DNA of 63,993 bases, counting the filler, from Choristocarpus tenellus KU-1152 (taxonomy: Eukaryota; Protista; Phaeophyceae): the NCBI GenBank assembly GCA_964200185.2. It is 9 parts of 9 records of this genome, joined end to end, with 100 filler letters (N's around TTAATTAATTAA, not from the genome) between each part and the next. Parts side by side here need not be neighbours in the genome. Positions count along the whole stretch, not along the records: positions 5,738 to 14,998 come from CAXNAD020003831.1; positions 15,099 to 18,739 come from CAXNAD020018790.1; positions 18,840 to 22,400 come from CAXNAD020019253.1; positions 22,501 to 30,681 come from CAXNAD020005039.1; 5 more parts are not named here. One strand, written 5' to 3'. Both the position numbers and the translations under genes were made by a program. Below the pieces are notes generated by a model, which saw only the letters and a program-made list of their open reading frames with translations, made no database searches and was not told the origin of the DNA. This document shows, in pieces, positions 12,776-24,899 of the stretch (the first letter of the stretch is position 1; the number at the start of each line of letters is the position of its first letter).

Positions 12776-13043
12776 GAGCCAAAGTAAATGAGGGGTACCC
12801 AGGTTTTGGTCATTTTGCACTTGAAGTTTTTTTTCAATCTTTTGCAATCCACCCATATTTATATCGATGAAGTTCTAAGTTTGACTCCGGAGCGTTTATT
12901 TCTCTAATGTTTACAAATTTTCCAATGCAATTCAGAAAATATCCTATGCACATTTGTAAAAAAAAAAAAAGAAGTCGAATTTCGCGTATATTTGTCTGCA
13001 TCCTTAAAATGCAACTCTGGGTGCCTTTCGTTTACTTTGACTC
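12776..13043. mobile_element. MITE family A
   Basis: Both TIRs present; perfect 3-bp TSD AGT. Confidence 0.9.
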
Positions 13044-13542
13044 AGTGTGATGATGAATGAGTTTCACTTCAGAGACCTTTGGAGTGAATCAATCATTTTG
13101 ATTCACACATGACATCTCAACTGTCATTGACGATACTACTTCTCAGGATAATAAAACAAAAAGGGGAATTGAATCTTTTCAAGAACATTTTGGAGTTGCT
13201 GTAACAAACGAAGGTGAACCAATATTATTTGGAGACAAAATGCCCAGGGCGATAGTTTGGGGTGAGCTGCCATGAGCCAGCGAGTAACATCACCCTCGAC
13301 CGTCCCCCTTACCCAACCGAGGAGATGCAGAGAGTGTTGGGTCATTTGTGCTAGGATTATGGAAAGAATTGCAATACCATACATGGATTCATAATTTCAC
13401 TCCAGCTTGGTGATCCTTTGTCCTGCTGCAGTGTTTTGCGGAGCTCTACAATTTATTATAATAGTTTGATCTGCAGTGTCTTCGTTTGTGCATATGGTTC
13501 GTGATTTCAGCAACAGTTGTATTAATAATAGACCACGTCAAG

Positions 13543-13849
13543 TGTTACAGGCGCCCCCGAAAGCTTACCTCCACAGGATGTATAGCTCCAATCTACGAGC
13601 TTATAGATGATACGGATGTACGTATAGGACTCCTAATAATGCACAAGTCGTCAAGTATGCTGGATCTCTCACTTGGATTATCATCAATATCATCGTATAA
13701 GAAAGGAACTGGTCTACGATGTCTAATCACAATCGGGGACCATAATGACCAAATAATAAAAAGTCAAGAAGTACAAATATATCAAATCTAGAACTTCAAT
13801 GTCATAATGGTGTTTATGAAACCGCCATCAAGACATAACGCCTGTAACA
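13543..13849. mobile_element. Solo-LTR-like unit 1
   Basis: Begins TGTTACAGGCG and ends CGCCTGTAACA (11-bp terminal inverted repeat, TG...CA). Confidence 0.6.
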
Positions 13850-14310
13850 TGTTACAGGCGCCCCTCAGAACTCACCTCCACAGGATATGCAACTAAAATC
13901 CAACGACCTTAAAACGACGCTACGAGGGGGGTCCACAGATGATAACCACGTATGGTGTCAGCTTGATGCTTAGCTCAGTCAATGTCTCGCTTTTCGCTTT
14001 ATCAAAAGAGGTGAATCAAAAAAGAACTGAGGATTGTGGTGAGCCTTCAGCCTTTTACTAACTTTCATCCACCATTTTTCTACAGCCAAAGAGTTAAATG
14101 AAGTCTGCAAACTGCTATGTAGACACTTCAATCACAAATCTTTATTCTGCAACTTTCAAGAATTGATATCTATTCTGTGAGCTTATGCATATTTCTAATC
14201 TTACTCTGCATCTTCTATCAATCCAAAGTTCCTCTTGCATTAATTCTTATGTATACTGTTCACGCATTTTGGCACGCAGAAAGAAATGCTCGCGCTATTC
14301 GCCTGTAACA
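13850..14310. mobile_element. Solo-LTR-like unit 2, directly abutting unit 1
   Basis: Same TGTTACAGGCG...CGCCTGTAACA termini; first ~60 nt similar to unit 1. Confidence 0.6.
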
Positions 14311-14942
14311 TGCCCCCCAGCGTGAACTAGCAATACATGTTTCACGCTTACCACAGGCGATTGTCACCAGTGAAGGTAATGTATATCTTCAATCACCTCA
14401 CAGATCATCCTGTGGCAAGGAGAAAGAAAGAAGAAGAAAATACCTGACTCCTACACTAGGCCCAAGACATATATCCTTATGAACTTGGAAAAACCTGTCT
14501 GTATCTAGCCTAATCGGAGTATACATTTACTGTTTCTAAATTACAGCTACCCTAAGGTGCCACGTATCATCTGATGATTGCCTGTCTCACATGGCCATGG
14601 ACTCACATTTACTTTTCATTCTACTTATATCTTGTTCCACATATCCTACGCTACAACCATAAATGTCAGGGAGATGACACCTTCTTCATAATCTCCTCAC
14701 ACTGATTTGGATAATGCACGCAGTTCTGTGCATTTGCACGTTATCATTATGGTCGGTCAAGGTGACGTGGTGTGGGTCAGACGCACGACTGTCTCGCTGT
14801 AACCATATGGATATCCACTTCATAATTTCGAACAAAGGAGCCAGAGAAGAGGTTTAAAGAGATTACAATCTATGACACAAACCGATACAATACCTAGTAG
14901 ACATGATCAGGAAATGTCAGAGAATATTAGACACCCCTTCCA

Positions 14943-14998
14943 GGCTCAAAGTATCTAGGAGGGGGTGGTGGCTGTCCATTTGGGGTCAGTTTTTTCAT
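14943..14998. mobile_element. MITE family C, partial at contig end
   Basis: GGCTCAAAGTATCTAGGAGGGGGTGGTGGCTGTCCATTTGGGGTC. Confidence 0.8.
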
Positions 14999-15098
14999 NN
15001 NNNNNNNNNNNNNNNNNNNNNNNNNNNNNNNNNNNNNNNNNNTTAATTAATTAANNNNNNNNNNNNNNNNNNNNNNNNNNNNNNNNNNNNNNNNNNNN
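14999..15098. other. Artificial contig linker
   Basis: N44-TTAATTAATTAA-N44. Confidence 0.98.
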
Positions 15099-15250
15099 GT
15101 CTACACCAGGGTGTCCATTCGGGACCTGACCAGGAAAATTGCCCTTACATCATCCATCCATTGCAAGAAATCAAATCACCCAAAAATGGTGACATGGAAA
15201 AATGGGTCCCAAATGGACAGCCGCCACCCACCCCCAGATACTTTGAGACC
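15099..15250. mobile_element. MITE family C, partial at contig start
   Basis: Reverse-orientation body ending CCCCCAGATACTTTGAGAC. Confidence 0.85.
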
Positions 15251-15312
15251 CTACTAACCTCGGAGAAATACATTGTTGCATAATAAGAATCCCAAAGGAC
15301 ACATCCTTTTGA

Positions 15313-15588
15313 GAGTCAAAGCATTTAAGAGGATAGGGCCGCGTCTGTTTGGGGTCGAAAATCCAATGTTGCAACTCTGATGTAATTTTGGTTATAATCA
15401 TGTTTGTTAGGAAGTGTCAAAATCCTTGTTCTGGACACACCTTTCATAGTTGTATGCATTTTAGGTACCTGTGTTCACACTTTTAGTAAACCGAGAAAGG
15501 GCATAAAAAACCCATGGAAAGTCAAGCCTCGAACAGACAAACAGGGCAAAAAAAAACAAACAAAAAAACCCTCTTAAATGCTCTCTCT
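15313..15588. mobile_element. MITE family B (variant with GCATTTAAGAGG TIR)
   Basis: GAGTCAAAGCATTTAAGAGG ... CCTCTTAAATGCT; body shared with other B copies. Confidence 0.85.
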
Positions 15589-15610
15589 TCAGTGATGTCT
15601 TCGTTTCTGG

Positions 15611-15867
15611 GAGCGAAAGCATCTTAGATAGTACGAATTATTCCCTGTTTGTCCCTTTGGGGCTTGGCTTCCCACGAGTTTTTATGACATTTTCCTACTC
15701 CGATATATTTCAGAGTAGGTAAAATGTGTACGTTATGAAAAGGTGTATCCAGAACAAGGATACTGGCACTTCCTAACAAACACGATAGCCAATATTACAT
15801 CAAGATCGCAACATTGGTTTTTGGGCCCCAAACGAATGCGGATCTAACCTCTAAGATACTTTGACTC
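15611..15867. mobile_element. MITE family B (opposite orientation)
   Basis: GAGCGAAAGCATCTTAGA ... TCTAAGATACTTTGACTC. Confidence 0.85.
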
Positions 15868-16295
15868 CTGGGGACTTTTCTTGTGCCCTTGAATACGAGA
15901 ACAGCTTGCATTGCACAAGGGTTCACGAAAAAGGGGAAGATAACGCATACCTCTCAGATAGCACGACAGTGTCGTTGCTGAATAGCAAGACCAAGTCACA
16001 AGATTTGCTGCTCACACGCAGAAGTGTAGCTAGCAACTATATTTGGTGATGCAGGACCTGAAAAAGTAGCGTGTTCATCTCAATATTAATCTATCTGCTG
16101 TCACAGAGTCAGTTTTTGAAAAAGGAGTGATTTTCATTTCATAAAGCAAAGTGTGGCAGATACTTTTGGCAAGTAATGTGCAAATCAAAACGACGAAATT
16201 AAGTACTTCTAGTGTGGCAAATACTATACCTAGTGTGACACGTTTGTGTCTGCATGTTCTGTGTTATCCCGGTTCTTGGCAAGAATGAGGTGTCT

Positions 16296-16801
16296 GAATT
16301 GAAGTAAGTGGGAGGTACCCAGAGTTGCGCTTGAAGGATGCCAGCAAACACGTGCAAAATTCGACCACTTTTACAAGTTCTGTGTGTAGGACATTTTCTG
16401 CATCCTGTCGGAAAAGAGTCAAAGTATCTTAGAGGGTAGAGCGGTGTCCATCTGGGGGTCAAAATCCAATGTTGCGATTTTGATATAATTTTGGCTATTG
16501 TGTTTGTTAGGAAGTGTCAATATCCATGTTCTGGACACACCTTTCCGTAATGTACACATTTTACCTACTCCTAAACATTTCGGAGTAGGTAAAATGTCAT
16601 GAAAACACCATGGGAAGCCAAGACCCAAACGGACAAACAGGGCAAGAATCGTACCCTAACCCTAACATACTTTCACTTAAAATTTCAAACGAAAAAGATA
16701 AATCTATCCTCTCAAGCCAAGCCCAGCACTACTTCATCCATAGAAATATGGGTGAATTGCAAAATATCGAAAAATTGGGTACCTCTTGTTGAGTTTGACT
16801 C
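16296..16801. mobile_element. MITE family A split by a nested family B copy (16416-16678)
   Basis: A left half 16296-16415 and right half 16679-16801 flank a complete B element with AAA on both sides. Confidence 0.85.
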
Positions 16802-17241
16802 TTACTAGGGCCGTGAAGGGTGCCGGGTGTGTAGAGTGCACAGAATATTCTTCAACAAAATGGAAAAAACCGGTGCTGTTCTCCAAGTCTCGGTTTCTTT
16901 TCGGAAGGGAGGGGAAGTGGGACATTGTTTCATTCTTCTCTGGTGCCCACGCCTCCTACATTGGATCAACATGTTTCCTGGCGGCCTCTTACTGTCTTCC
17001 CCTGTTCTGCTACACCTGGATCTGGTGAATGAATGACCTATCACGTCCTTCCTGGTTTTTTTTTGTTGTTGTTGTAATTGAATCAGTTTCATTTTTTAAC
17101 TGTTCCCATCTCTGTTTGTCTCCACCGCCCTGTAGAAAACTTTGATAGTACCTTGAATTCGATGTATCCCCATGTGTGAATTGGGGCGGCTAATCTTTCA
17201 TCTCTGTTCTTCACACTGACAGGTTCATTTCGTAATTTTGT

Positions 17242-17291
17242 TAAGATTAGGATTAGGGTTAGGATTAGGGTTAGGGTTAGGGTTAGGGTTA
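17242..17291 (+). repeat. Interstitial telomere-like (TTAGGG/TTAGGA)n tract
   Basis: About 8 hexamer units. Confidence 0.85.
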
Positions 17292-17354
17292 ATGTTATGA
17301 AAAGTCCTCTGAATCCTTGCCCTGATTGAACAACCTCATTCTGACAGCAGCTTG

Positions 17355-17357
<3 letters not shown>

Positions 17358-17387
<30 letters not shown>

Positions 17388-17396
17388 TGTATGTAT
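17358..17396 (+). repeat. (TATG)n microsatellite
   Basis: About 9 units seen directly. Confidence 0.9.
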
Positions 17397-17676
17397 ATAT
17401 GATCGGTTCCCACACACTACATGCACTAAGAGGGCACCACCAATAGTCTCTTTGACCAGTAGTCATGCACGTGCTGAAGAACACCTGCGTTGTACAATGT
17501 GCAGTAGCAGCAAGATGGGTGCCCTTGCACGAAGCTCAACAAGGCACAACAACCACAAGGCCAGGGAAGATAGGGGTTGTATAGGCACTGTGCCTAGAGA
17601 ATTAGAGGCACATGAGTAAGTATACAGGTCTTCTACAACTGAGTATTCCAAGAGATAACTGCTATATTGATATGCT

Positions 17677-17926
17677 GAGTGAAAGTATCTTAGAGGGTAC
17701 GAGTTTTTCCCTGTTTGTCCATTCGGGGCTTGGTTTCCCATGGGTTTTTAATGACATGTTACCTACTCAAAACTTTTCAGTGTAGGTAACATGTATACTT
17801 CATCAAAAGGTGTGTCTGGAAGAAGGATATTGACATCTCCTTGATAGCTGGAATTACATCAAAATTGTAACACTGGATTTTGGCCCCTGAATGGACGCGG
17901 CCCTACCCTCTGAGGTACTTTGACTC
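17677..17926. mobile_element. MITE family B
   Basis: GAGTGAAAGTATCTTAGAGGGTA ... TACCCTCTGAGGTACTTTGACTC. Confidence 0.88.
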
Positions 17927-17963
17927 TACTGCTACAGTAGCCCCTCTAAGTGCAAATCTTCCT

Positions 17964-18137
17964 GACCCAAAGTATCTGGGGGGCGTGGCGGCTGTCCATT
18001 TGGGGTCAAATTTTTCATGTGGCAATTTTGGGTAATTTGGTTGCACACGTCGAATGGATACTGAAAGTGCACTTTTCCTGGTTTTGGTCCAAATGGACAC
18101 CCTGGTGTAGATACCCCCCCCCCAGATACTTTAGGTC
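17964..18137. mobile_element. MITE family C (about 175 bp)
   Basis: GACCCAAAGTATCTGGGGGG ... CCCCCCAGATACTTTAGGTC. Confidence 0.88.
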
Positions 18138-18332
18138 TCCTCCATCATCTCAAAAACCCTATATCAGCGCCCAGTCACACAAACCCAACCCCCAGACTCA
18201 ACTCCAGTGCTTTCTTAGTTTGAGCTCATCATCTTCCCCTCCCTCCCTGTCACCTCTTCTCTTCCTTCCATGCTTGTCGTTCTTCACCCACCGATTTGGA
18301 AAAAAATTTCCCAATCTTTTCATCTGCTACAG

Positions 18333-18662
18333 CTAGAGTCCCAGGCTAAGCAGTATCGCTTCCTCATATCTCAAGAAGAGGATTCTCATAGGCTGAAGAT
18401 TGAGGCGAGCTCTCTTGAAAACGATGCCCTCAGAGAGGTGGTGCACCAAGCCAATTCTGACGCCAGGCAGTTCACTGCTTCCGCCAATGAGCAGAGGCGC
18501 TTGGCCTGCAGTCTTCAACAGCAGGTCCATGCAGTGAGAGCGGAGGTTGAGATATTGAAGACGAGGCTTGCTGTTGCAGAGGGTAGAGCGTCCAAGGCGG
18601 AGGGGGGGATGCAAAAGATGGCAAGCCAACTGACGGATGCCCTGATGGAGTCTGAGTGTCAG
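18333..18662 (+). CDS. Internal exon of a coiled-coil protein
   Basis: Pyrimidine tract + CAG acceptor, 110 open codons rich in E/Q/A/L/R heptads (LESQAKQY...MASQLTDALMESECQ), GT donor. Confidence 0.7.
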
Positions 18663-18669
18663 GTGATTT

Positions 18670-18739
18670 GACCCAAAGTATCTGGGGGGGGGGGGGGGGG
18701 CGTACACCGGGGGGGTCATTTGGACAAAACCCCGGAAAA
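18670..18739. mobile_element. MITE family C, partial at contig end
   Basis: GACCCAAAGTATCT + poly-G. Confidence 0.75.
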
Positions 18740-18839
18740 NNNNNNNNNNNNNNNNNNNNNNNNNNNNNNNNNNNNNNNNNNNNTTAATTAATTAANNNNN
18801 NNNNNNNNNNNNNNNNNNNNNNNNNNNNNNNNNNNNNNN
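18740..18839. other. Artificial contig linker
   Basis: N44-TTAATTAATTAA-N44. Confidence 0.98.
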
Positions 18840-19249
18840 ACTGTTGCCCCATCACATCTCACCCCCCCCCATCCCACTGATCAAACCTCAGACCCAACCA
18901 TTTTTTTTCTTGCCACAACCCTCCTCGTCTGACAACCTTATTCCCTTAATCGTCCACCCACAACTACCCCATCTCTTCGTGTCCAACACTGTTCCACCTT
19001 TGTCACCCCAAACACCCTGGCTTACTTGCTGGGCGACCCATAACTCACCCGACTCCTCCTGAACTCAACCTTCCCATGGCTACCTTCAGGTCCAAATGCC
19101 TCGTAACCCACCTCTTTCCCCCACAACCCCCCCTGTGCCAGGAATCACGCCCATCCATCTCTCTATCTCCCACTTTTGACACACAACAGCGTTGCCAATC
19201 TGTACGAGCACACCATCAGGGAAGATTTTTTTCCTTTGTTCGAGTAAGC

Positions 19250-19560
19250 ACACCGTCAGGCACATCGCTACTCACAACATCAACACCCACTCCGTTCGTG
19301 TACGAAGACGTCGTGGACATCACAACTAGCAACCGCAGACCAGCACTTCATTCGTAGACCAAGACACCATGGACATCACTACTTCAAATCGCAGAGCAGT
19401 ACTTACTTAGTTCGTGTCGACTGACGCCATGGACAGCACTACTTACAACCACAGAGCAGCACATCGTTCATGTATACAGGACGTCATGGACATCACTCAC
19501 AACAAATACAGCGCTTAATTTTTTGCTGTATGCAGATAGGATAGACATCGCTGACAATAA
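19250..19560 (+). repeat. Degenerate 56-60 bp tandem repeat (4 clear + 2 decayed units)
   Basis: Units begin GACGTCGTGGACATCAC (19307), GACACCATGGACATCAC (19363), GACGCCATGGACAGCAC (19423), GACGTCATGGACATCAC (19480). Confidence 0.75.
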
Positions 19561-22400
19561 CCTTCACCCACACAACACCAACTAGTGGACGATTTTCAAC
19601 AAGAACCTAAACCACTTTCCAAGATTTCGATTTCTACTTATTCCATTAACATAAGAATTCATTCGACTCTTAGCACGGTGTCATATTTGTAGTCTATTAG
19701 AATTATATTGTCTTCGCAAGATGAATCTGGAAGGTTCTCCAGAAGTATTGGATTTCTTTCTGAGTTCAACTTCGCAATTCTGTTGGTATTCTCTACTTCC
19801 CCCTCTTTTGAACTGCATTCTCTTTCACTCAACATTTTGGATATTTTTTCCTGGTCGTAGCCGTACGTCAAACTCCTTCAACCATGTTCCACTACTTTCA
19901 GTCGGAAGAGGGTGTGAAACATAGGCTACTCATCTGTTTGCTCCTTGATATGATACAGTTCCACCAGTCAACACTGACTCTTGATTGGTCTGTTACGTTC
20001 TGGATACTACTGTCACTTGTTCATCACCATATTAATTACCATCAGAACATCGCAGTACAGAACAGTCTCTCTGCGTTCAACACGAAAAGTATAGTATAGT
20101 GTACGTCACTTGAGTTGCATCACACATTGGTTCAAGTTTGTTGTGTTGTTCCCTTCTTTGTTTTTCTTTCACTCTTTCTTCTTATCAGCAGAACATGACA
20201 GTTGTACGTTGATGATTATTATTTCTTTCGTAAATGCCATTGATCCTTGACAATGCATCAAGCTCACTCTGCAATGAGTGTACCTAACGCACGCATGGAT
20301 GTAATATAGTCAGAGTTAAAACCATCCGTGGAAACCCTTGCCAGCCAAGGTAACAAGCCTCTCCACAGAGCATGGGCTTCTTTCATTGAGTATCTCATGA
20401 AAGAACACTGAATTCACACCACATCATTCTGGATTGAGCAACTAAGAATGTTGAATTCACATACGCATCATTCTTGACTGAGAGATCAATGACCTCAGTT
20501 ACAACAGAATAAACACATTGATCGGTGCTTTGCAGCACAGTCACATTTATCCATAACATAGACTACACATTTTACTCATCGGTGCTTTGCAACACCATGA
20601 TTCCTCACTGCTCGTAGTCTGCACATTTTGCTTATATGTATGATGCATTCGATTCACATTCAAGAGGTTACGAGTCTCAACACTTGATCGACACATACAA
20701 CAACACAATTGCCCGATCTTGTCTTGTACTTCCAACTACACACTAGACGAACCCACTGCACCGCCATGGAACGCAAGCTAACACCACATTTCCCCTGGCG
20801 ATGATTCCCCCTGAAACGCGTTCGAAATCTGCTTCATAAGCATCTGGAGCTGTGTGGCTCCTTCGGGCCCAGCAAGTTTTGATCCAGCACGCTTCTCGTC
20901 TTTTCACCACTACCACTCCACCTACCATCCCATATGAAGAAGTTGACAACCAGCTGTTACGCAGTCTTGTTGCTATCTGCCACAGACCTGCGCAAGACCT
21001 TCACGGACTCCAGCAGGGGCCAATAATCCCGACCAGTGTCTCATGCGCCTCTGCAAGGCTAAAAGCTGAGTCGGAGACCCCTCAGCCTTACTCCTACTGT
21101 TCGAGCTCTCCACTGCCGCTACTGTCACCAACCTGGATACCCCCTGCGCCAATTTCCAAACCCACCTCCTGTCCACACCTGACCACCACCCCATGCCCCC
21201 ACCTCACCCCTGTTCCACGCCCCTGCCACACTTCCTGGCGCCTGGTATTCCTATCACATTACACCCCACTCTCACTGACACAGAATGCCGAGCACCACAT
21301 CAATACCCTCACCGCCTGCTCATCAACTCATCCACCACCTCCCCCCCCCACCGACCACCAATCATGACCAAGCACACACTCACGGTACAAGACACACCAA
21401 CAACGGACCTCACCACAATCATACCTCACCCTGGCTGCACATCCCCTCGCCTGGCTAATCCTTCCTGTCAGACACACCACCCACCACCTCTTGTCACACC
21501 CTTTTTACCCCTGCCCATCCTATCACTGCCCCTAGCATGGGGAACCTACATCTCCCTACAAATTGGCAAGCCACCTTCACTGGACTGTTGCAGCAACACT
21601 CATCATCACCTGTCTCTTTGTCCTTCATTGTCCTGCTGGTACATGGTTCGAGCTGTCATTTGTGTACTCCACCTGTGCTATGGCAACTACTGGCTGGACT
21701 ACAGTGACTACCCACACCCACATCGACTGAATTACAATGGCCAGACACAGATTTCGGAGCTTGGAGGCCTTGTACTCCTAGGACTTCTCCCCGTGTCTCC
21801 CCCAACCCGCCACCTTCTCACCCACAACATTCCCACACCTGCCATTCCGTCTTTACCTGCCCACTCCACCGACCAACTGACACCCTAAACCCACCTGCCC
21901 TCCCAGTATCACCTACTCCCACCCCTGCCCCACTCACCTTTCCCATTGAACCTATGCCCCCACCAATCACACCTGTCCCTACACCATTCACCACACTGTC
22001 ATTAACCTCCATATCACTTACTACCTCCATCACCGCTCCCTAGCACCTCCAACAAACTCCCCACTCCTTTCACTTGGCCCACACCGCCATCACAGACCCA
22101 GCCCTAACAAACTTACATTTCAGGAGCCGCGCCCATGTCCACACAACGTTACCACCACATCGACCACGTGTTCACAAGCCACTGCTCCACACATCACTCG
22201 TCCAAGACACAACCATACACACCGACACATGCCCAAGATCACCCTCCCACACACTCCACATAACTTGCTCAAGACCACCCCACACACACTCCACATCACT
22301 TGCCCAAGACCCCCCTTACCACATCACAGAACCTGCTCAAGAACCACCCCCACTTATCACAGAAATTGCTCAAGACCCCCCCCCCCCACCCCACCACACC

Positions 22401-22500
22401 NNNNNNNNNNNNNNNNNNNNNNNNNNNNNNNNNNNNNNNNNNNNTTAATTAATTAANNNNNNNNNNNNNNNNNNNNNNNNNNNNNNNNNNNNNNNNNNNN
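22401..22500. other. Artificial contig linker
   Basis: N44-TTAATTAATTAA-N44. Confidence 0.98.
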
Positions 22501-23700
22501 GCGAGGAACGACCAACTGGTCTCTAAACGTGCTCCTATTACAAAGATGGCTTGGTAAATACGAACGATAGAGTAAGCCATTACGAAGGAAAAAATACGAC
22601 ATAGACGTCGTTGATTCCTTATCAGGTGGTGGGGCGACGTTGGGGGACTGCAAATACCTGAAATATGATCCGAACTCGGATTCCTGCTCCTTGCGCAATT
22701 GCTCCGGGTCCACTTCAGGGACCACGGTAGTGGAACTAGTAAATAGTTCACGATCATTTTGGACGGGGCATTGCTCTTGCCAATCAAGTATTGTACCCAA
22801 GGCCTCCATGGCACTATTTTCAAGTAGCATTTTTCTGGAACGAAGTTCATGAACTGCTCCACTTCTCTTCAGAGGTATTGACTCTCTCGTTGGGGAGGTA
22901 CGAAGTCCGAACGAGGAAATAGCATGGGAGGGGGTGACCGCATCAATGAAAAACCTTGTGGACATCTTTCCACGATGTTGGAGAGGTTGTAATTGGGACA
23001 GGGGTGTCAAGAGATGATTGTAATCTAGCCAAATCAGTTGTCAAACGCCATTCTATCGTACCAGCCAACGCCTGAAAATATAATGTTTCGGCAGGTCCTT
23101 GAAGAACTTTCGGTACAAATCCTACACAACGAGCATCAACTATTTCAGGGGGTGCAAAACTGTGCTGACTAGAATGCAGAGATATTGCCACATGTCATTT
23201 AGAGAACAGAAGTGGCAAATCTTCTTCTCCAAAACCTGTGGTTGTCAGACCAAACAGGATTTCCGAAGTGAAAACCTAAAACGACTCCCTTCTGACATTG
23301 GTTGTGGGTACGAGACATCGCTACTCGATTCAATAGGTCTTACTTGATCGACGCCAGTTCCCCAAACTTGAAGCTTCAACAGATCCTGAAATCATTCAGA
23401 AGGCACAGTGTTTGTTCTTGTACACTCGTTCACGTGGTGCGCAATGAACTCTGGTACAGCATCTCCGAACTGAGCCTGCAAAATGGCCACATCACAAGTA
23501 GTCGAACTTGGAGGCGGGACAGGATTGTCCTGAAAAAGAACTTGACAAGTGTCACGGTCAGCCGAGCTGACATGATGCTCAAAGGTCGACAACACGGGTC
23601 TGGGATGAGCCTGATGGTCTGTGGGGCGGGGAAGGGGGGGAACCTCGTCTACGCTCGGCATTTGTTATGTTCTCAGACGATGTTGAAGAGAAACTAGACG
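22501..23700 (-). mobile_element. Degenerate Ty3/gypsy-like pol fragment (region upstream of the integrase zinc-binding domain)
   Basis: FFLRNGLLYRSYLPSHLCNRSTFRDQLVVP resembles the F....GLLYR......QLVVP segment that precedes gypsy integrase; the surrounding frames are broken. Confidence 0.6.
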
Positions 23701-24899
23701 AGTCGGAATCATGATTTGTTGAGGTCTTCTGTTGACTCGTGTCCCTGAACTTCTTCCTCTGGTGTTCTCGATGCTTCCAGATCCTGGGCCAGGCGCTCCT
23801 GTTCAGGACGCTTTCGCCTTGATCTTGCATTCGGCATCTTTTGAGAGTGGTCAAACAAAAATTTCCCATCACCTTATTTCTGAGTTCACGGTGTCACCAA
23901 TATGAATCATGTGATTCCGTGACTGAGTGGGGTAGCGAAGAGAATCACCACGCAAGACGGACCAGACGAACCAAGATGAACCATAACCGAGAGTACGAGG
24001 TTAGGGTTGGACAAATGCAAGACTACAAGGACTTGCAGATAAAATTGAGGAGTGATGAGCATCTTCAGAGACGGGGATTCATCACCACAAGTCAAGACGT
24101 GAGAACAAAGTGAAATCTTTCATGTTGGACACTCTGAATGACGAGCAGTCCCAAATATCTGTGGAACTGGTCTCTTGAAGAGATTCCATGGTTTCATTTT
24201 CTGACGGAAGATCTGCCAGTGGAATCATTGATGCTTGACAAGGGACCTCAATCAGTGCAACGGTACAACGATACAACGGTATAACAACAGAGAAACATGC
24301 TTTCCACAAGTTTTCATTTATGTTTATTTTATTATTATGCCCTCTGACATTTTGTAGATATTTCAGGGGGGAAACAAATGAAAACTATACATATTTCAGT
24401 GTAAGCCCTATGGAAGTAAAATATCATAAATGTGAAAAACACTGATCTATCTGTTACTTCACCACTATCACTATTTTACTACTGCCTTCCTGTGCTTCCA
24501 ATCTACCTACTCCTGCGCCCCGGGGGGAGGAGCTATGTTGATCATCTTTGGTTTGGTACAATACAAAATTAGTAACGTGCAAAACGGTATGATGACTCAG
24601 TGTTTAATCATACGTCAGTGATATATAGATATTGAATAACTGGTGAGCAATTTATTATTCAGTGTATGTTCACCATGTAACTCAACTGACGGCTTTGGGC
24701 GGAGAGCATTTCATTCGCTAAACTATTCAACTCACTTTAAGCGCTTATCAACATACTCTAACTAGAGGGGGCGCAGCCGAACTGGATTGGTTTGGGTTGG
24801 TTTACATCACTCATAGCCTTAGACGGGTTTCGTGCCAAACTCCTTCAGTTGTCTGACGACAATTACTCCAACTGTTTCACTACAACGCGTGCCTTCCTG

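Noticed and set aside
19250-19560. CRISPR-like repeat/spacer pattern
   Set aside because: The 'spacers' are related to each other, the repeats are not identical, the context is eukaryotic and there are no cas genes
20852-22400. Long Pro/His/Thr-rich ORFs
   Set aside because: They arise from C/A-rich low-complexity sequence that lacks stop codons; no domain is recognisable
24522-24700. Possible copia LTR (purine tract, TGTTGA...TCAACT, then GGCTTTGGGC)
   Set aside because: No second copy in the window, and PPT-like and PBS-like signals conflict; cannot be supported
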